This document shows positions 61,597 through 64,000 of a stretch of 64,000 nt of DNA, one piece after another. The DNA lies in contig JAAOMT010000303.1 in assembly GCA_016748015.1 (NCBI GenBank), positions 62,001-126,000 on the forward strand, written 5' to 3'. The notes under the pieces are model-generated. The model was not told the DNA's origin, did no database searches, and was given only the letters and a program-made list of their open reading frames with translations. Every line of letters starts with the position of its first letter. The first letter of the stretch is position 1. Made by a program: the position numbers and the translations under genes. The stretch comes from Geosiphon pyriformis uo1. Its lineage: Eukaryota; Fungi; Glomeromycota.

Positions 61597-64000
61597 TATT
61601 ACTTATAGAAAATAAGAATTATTATAGTTAAAAAAACAGCCAATAAAAAATAGGTGTAGTAGAATAAAGAATTTTAAGATTTTTTTTAAGAAATTTCAGA
61701 ATTTTTTTCAAAAAATTAAAAAAATTTCAAGAAATCTTGTATAATAAAAAACCTGTATATATAGTAAGAATATTAGAAGCAAAAAAAGTACTAAGACAAA
61801 TTAGAACAGACAAGTAATTAAATATCTTTTCTTTTAAAAGTTAATTTTCTATATTTTAAAATAGAATCATTTAAATATTAAATAAAATCATTGTTTTATC
61901 ATCTAATTTATGTTATTTATATTATTAGATTAATATTACTATTTTCCAATTCAATTAATAATTCATGCTAATAATATTAACTACTTAACTACATTAGAAC
62001 AATAACTTTTAATTATGGTTATTAATGAAATATTAATTTCTTATTTTTTTTCTTATTCTTTTTTATTTTTATTTTGTTTCTTTGTTATTTATTAATTAAT
62101 TAAGAAATTAAGCATTAAAATATTGACATCAAAAATAGTCTGATAAAAAACTTGTGAAACAAAAATAAAAACTTAAGAATAATTTATCAAAAGAATACAA
62201 CTGCCAAATTAAATTAGTTTTTACACTAAAAAAAATAATTCAAAAAACTATTATTAAGTGAATTTCTGTTTATTATATAAAAAACTCAATTAAAACCTTC
62301 AGATTATGAAATTCTTTAGAAATCAACATTTTAATTAGATATTAAGCAATAAATTATGGATTTGTTATTTATTTTAACATCCAAATAATTATCTGTAATA
62401 TTTGGTGTTTTTTGTAAGATATAATTCAACAAAAAACAAAGCACTATTATTAATCATTCAGAAAAGTAACAGACTTAAAAATTATAGAAACAAATTACTT
62501 GAAATTTGCAAAATTTTTGTTCCAATAATATTAACAACAGTTGAAATTAATTAGCAATTATTTTCCAGCAGAATCAGCAATTAACTTCTATGTTAACAAA
62601 AAAATTATATATTTTCTAAAAAAACAAACAGATTTTGAATCAGCAAAAGAAAATTTTTACAATAAATTATTTTAATACACTAATTTACTTCAGAATTACA
62701 ATTTTATTTTAATTATTATTAAAATAAATTGTAAAATTAAAAGATATACTTAGAAAAAGTTTTTAATCATATTTGCAAACAAAGACAAAAACAGAATACA
62801 AATATTAACAAATACTCTTAAAAACATACAACTATTTAACTAAAAAAAACTCAAAGTTGTTTTTTTATTACATCTATTTTATTATTATATACTAAAAAGT
62901 ACTATTAACATGTTATCAAGATTCACATCATTATTGACAGCAAAACCAACTATTACAAAAGTTTTGTTTCAAAACAATTAAAAAAAATCCAAATTGCTAG
63001 GAACTTATAATAATTACTTTAAAAAATTTAAGTTATGACTAACAACTTTATTAAGATTTTGATTACCACTATCTTAACCTAATTTTGAAACTACTAGTAA
63101 TTGGGCAAATAATAATTCAAAAAAAAAAGAAAACAGTAATCAAGAAAATAATAGACAAAACTTAATTTCAAATAAACCAAAAATACAAACTCCAATTGTT
63201 TAAAATTAGCAAAATCCAAACAATCCAAACCCTGTCTCTATTATTCAACAAAACATATCTTCTATTATTGAAATTAATTTATCACTAATTGTATCAATAA
63301 TTGCCTCTTAACAATTACAATAACAACTATTTATACTAATAATATATATATTAATTACCAAATTAGAGAAGTTTATAGACAAAAAAAACAACACCCAAGT
63401 TTGGCTAAATAATATTGTAAAAGTCATTACGACTAACAACTAGGACAATATCAGAGTCTTTTAAGCAATCCTATACTTTTTACAGAATACTGCCAATTTA
63501 TGATATCAAAGTTTTGCAAACAAACTTAATAACTTTAACATATTTAAAACCATATTTCTATAGTATTTTAGTAATTATAATAGCACCAATTATCTATTAA
63601 CTGGCTTTACTATTATTAAACAAAATAACATAAAAGCAATTACTACTTATTTAAAACACTTTTATAGAAATCTGTGCCAAATTTAGGTCATTAATGTTGA
63701 CTATTTTACAGTACTTCAGATTTTAAATCAGTTTATTTACAGACTATACAGCAGCTTTTTGCAATAAGTATATTATTATACTCAAATTCACTCCAAGATG
63801 CAATTATTTATGCCAAATATTTCAAATCAATTAAGCTTGAAACCACTATGTACAAGCTGTAAATTTAATAATAAACAGATTATCTTAATTAGATTCTAAA
63901 CTAAAGCAGTTTAGTAAAACAATTAACCAAAAAATATAGGGATACTTAACTAATAATTAAGCAATTTATTAGTCTCTTCAATATTGTAACAATCTAAAAA
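61597..64000 (+). mobile_element. Decayed Gypsy element related to 39086-49497: 5' LTR 61597-62400, PBS at 62401, gag running off the window
   Basis: Colinear similarity with 39086-41620 (atctgtaata tttggtg..., attagagaagtttatagac..., cagattttaaatcagtttatt). Confidence 0.88.

Overview
Eukaryotic, almost certainly fungal, scaffold DNA with N-gaps. The TE families resemble ones I recall from Glomeromycotina such as Geosiphon (inference). Bases 1-5200 are host DNA: the 5' part of a spliced minus-strand gene resembling the Ase1/PRC1/MAP65 family (7 exons visible), microsatellites and gaps. From about 5200 to the end is a nested retrotransposon block. It holds four full-length (about 6.9 kb) and two 5'-truncated non-LTR retrotransposons plus one fragment. 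Their ORF1 has RRM-like domains and a CCHC knuckle; their ORF2 has APE endonuclease, RT, RNase H and a zinc finger. There is also a complete 10.4 kb Ty3/Gypsy element (paired LTRs, 5-bp TSD, PBS, gag, protease, Cys-rich insert, dUTPase, RT, RNase H, integrase, extra 3' ORF), two solo LTRs and more Gypsy remnants. The very AT-rich spacers between 24.3 and 61.4 kb are colinear pieces of one ancient minus-strand Gypsy copy, eroded by C>T/G>A transitions and split by four LINE insertions. All TE ORF2/pol frames are disrupted. Best leads: (1) a covarying four-way-junction RNA with a probable pseudoknot in the 3' UTR of all six LINE 3' ends; (2) a conserved non-env ORF downstream of integrase in two divergent Gypsy families; (3) near-exclusive, multi-context transition hypermutation; (4) two LINE copies 5'-truncated at essentially the same RT position; (5) a clean internal inversion in the youngest LINE.
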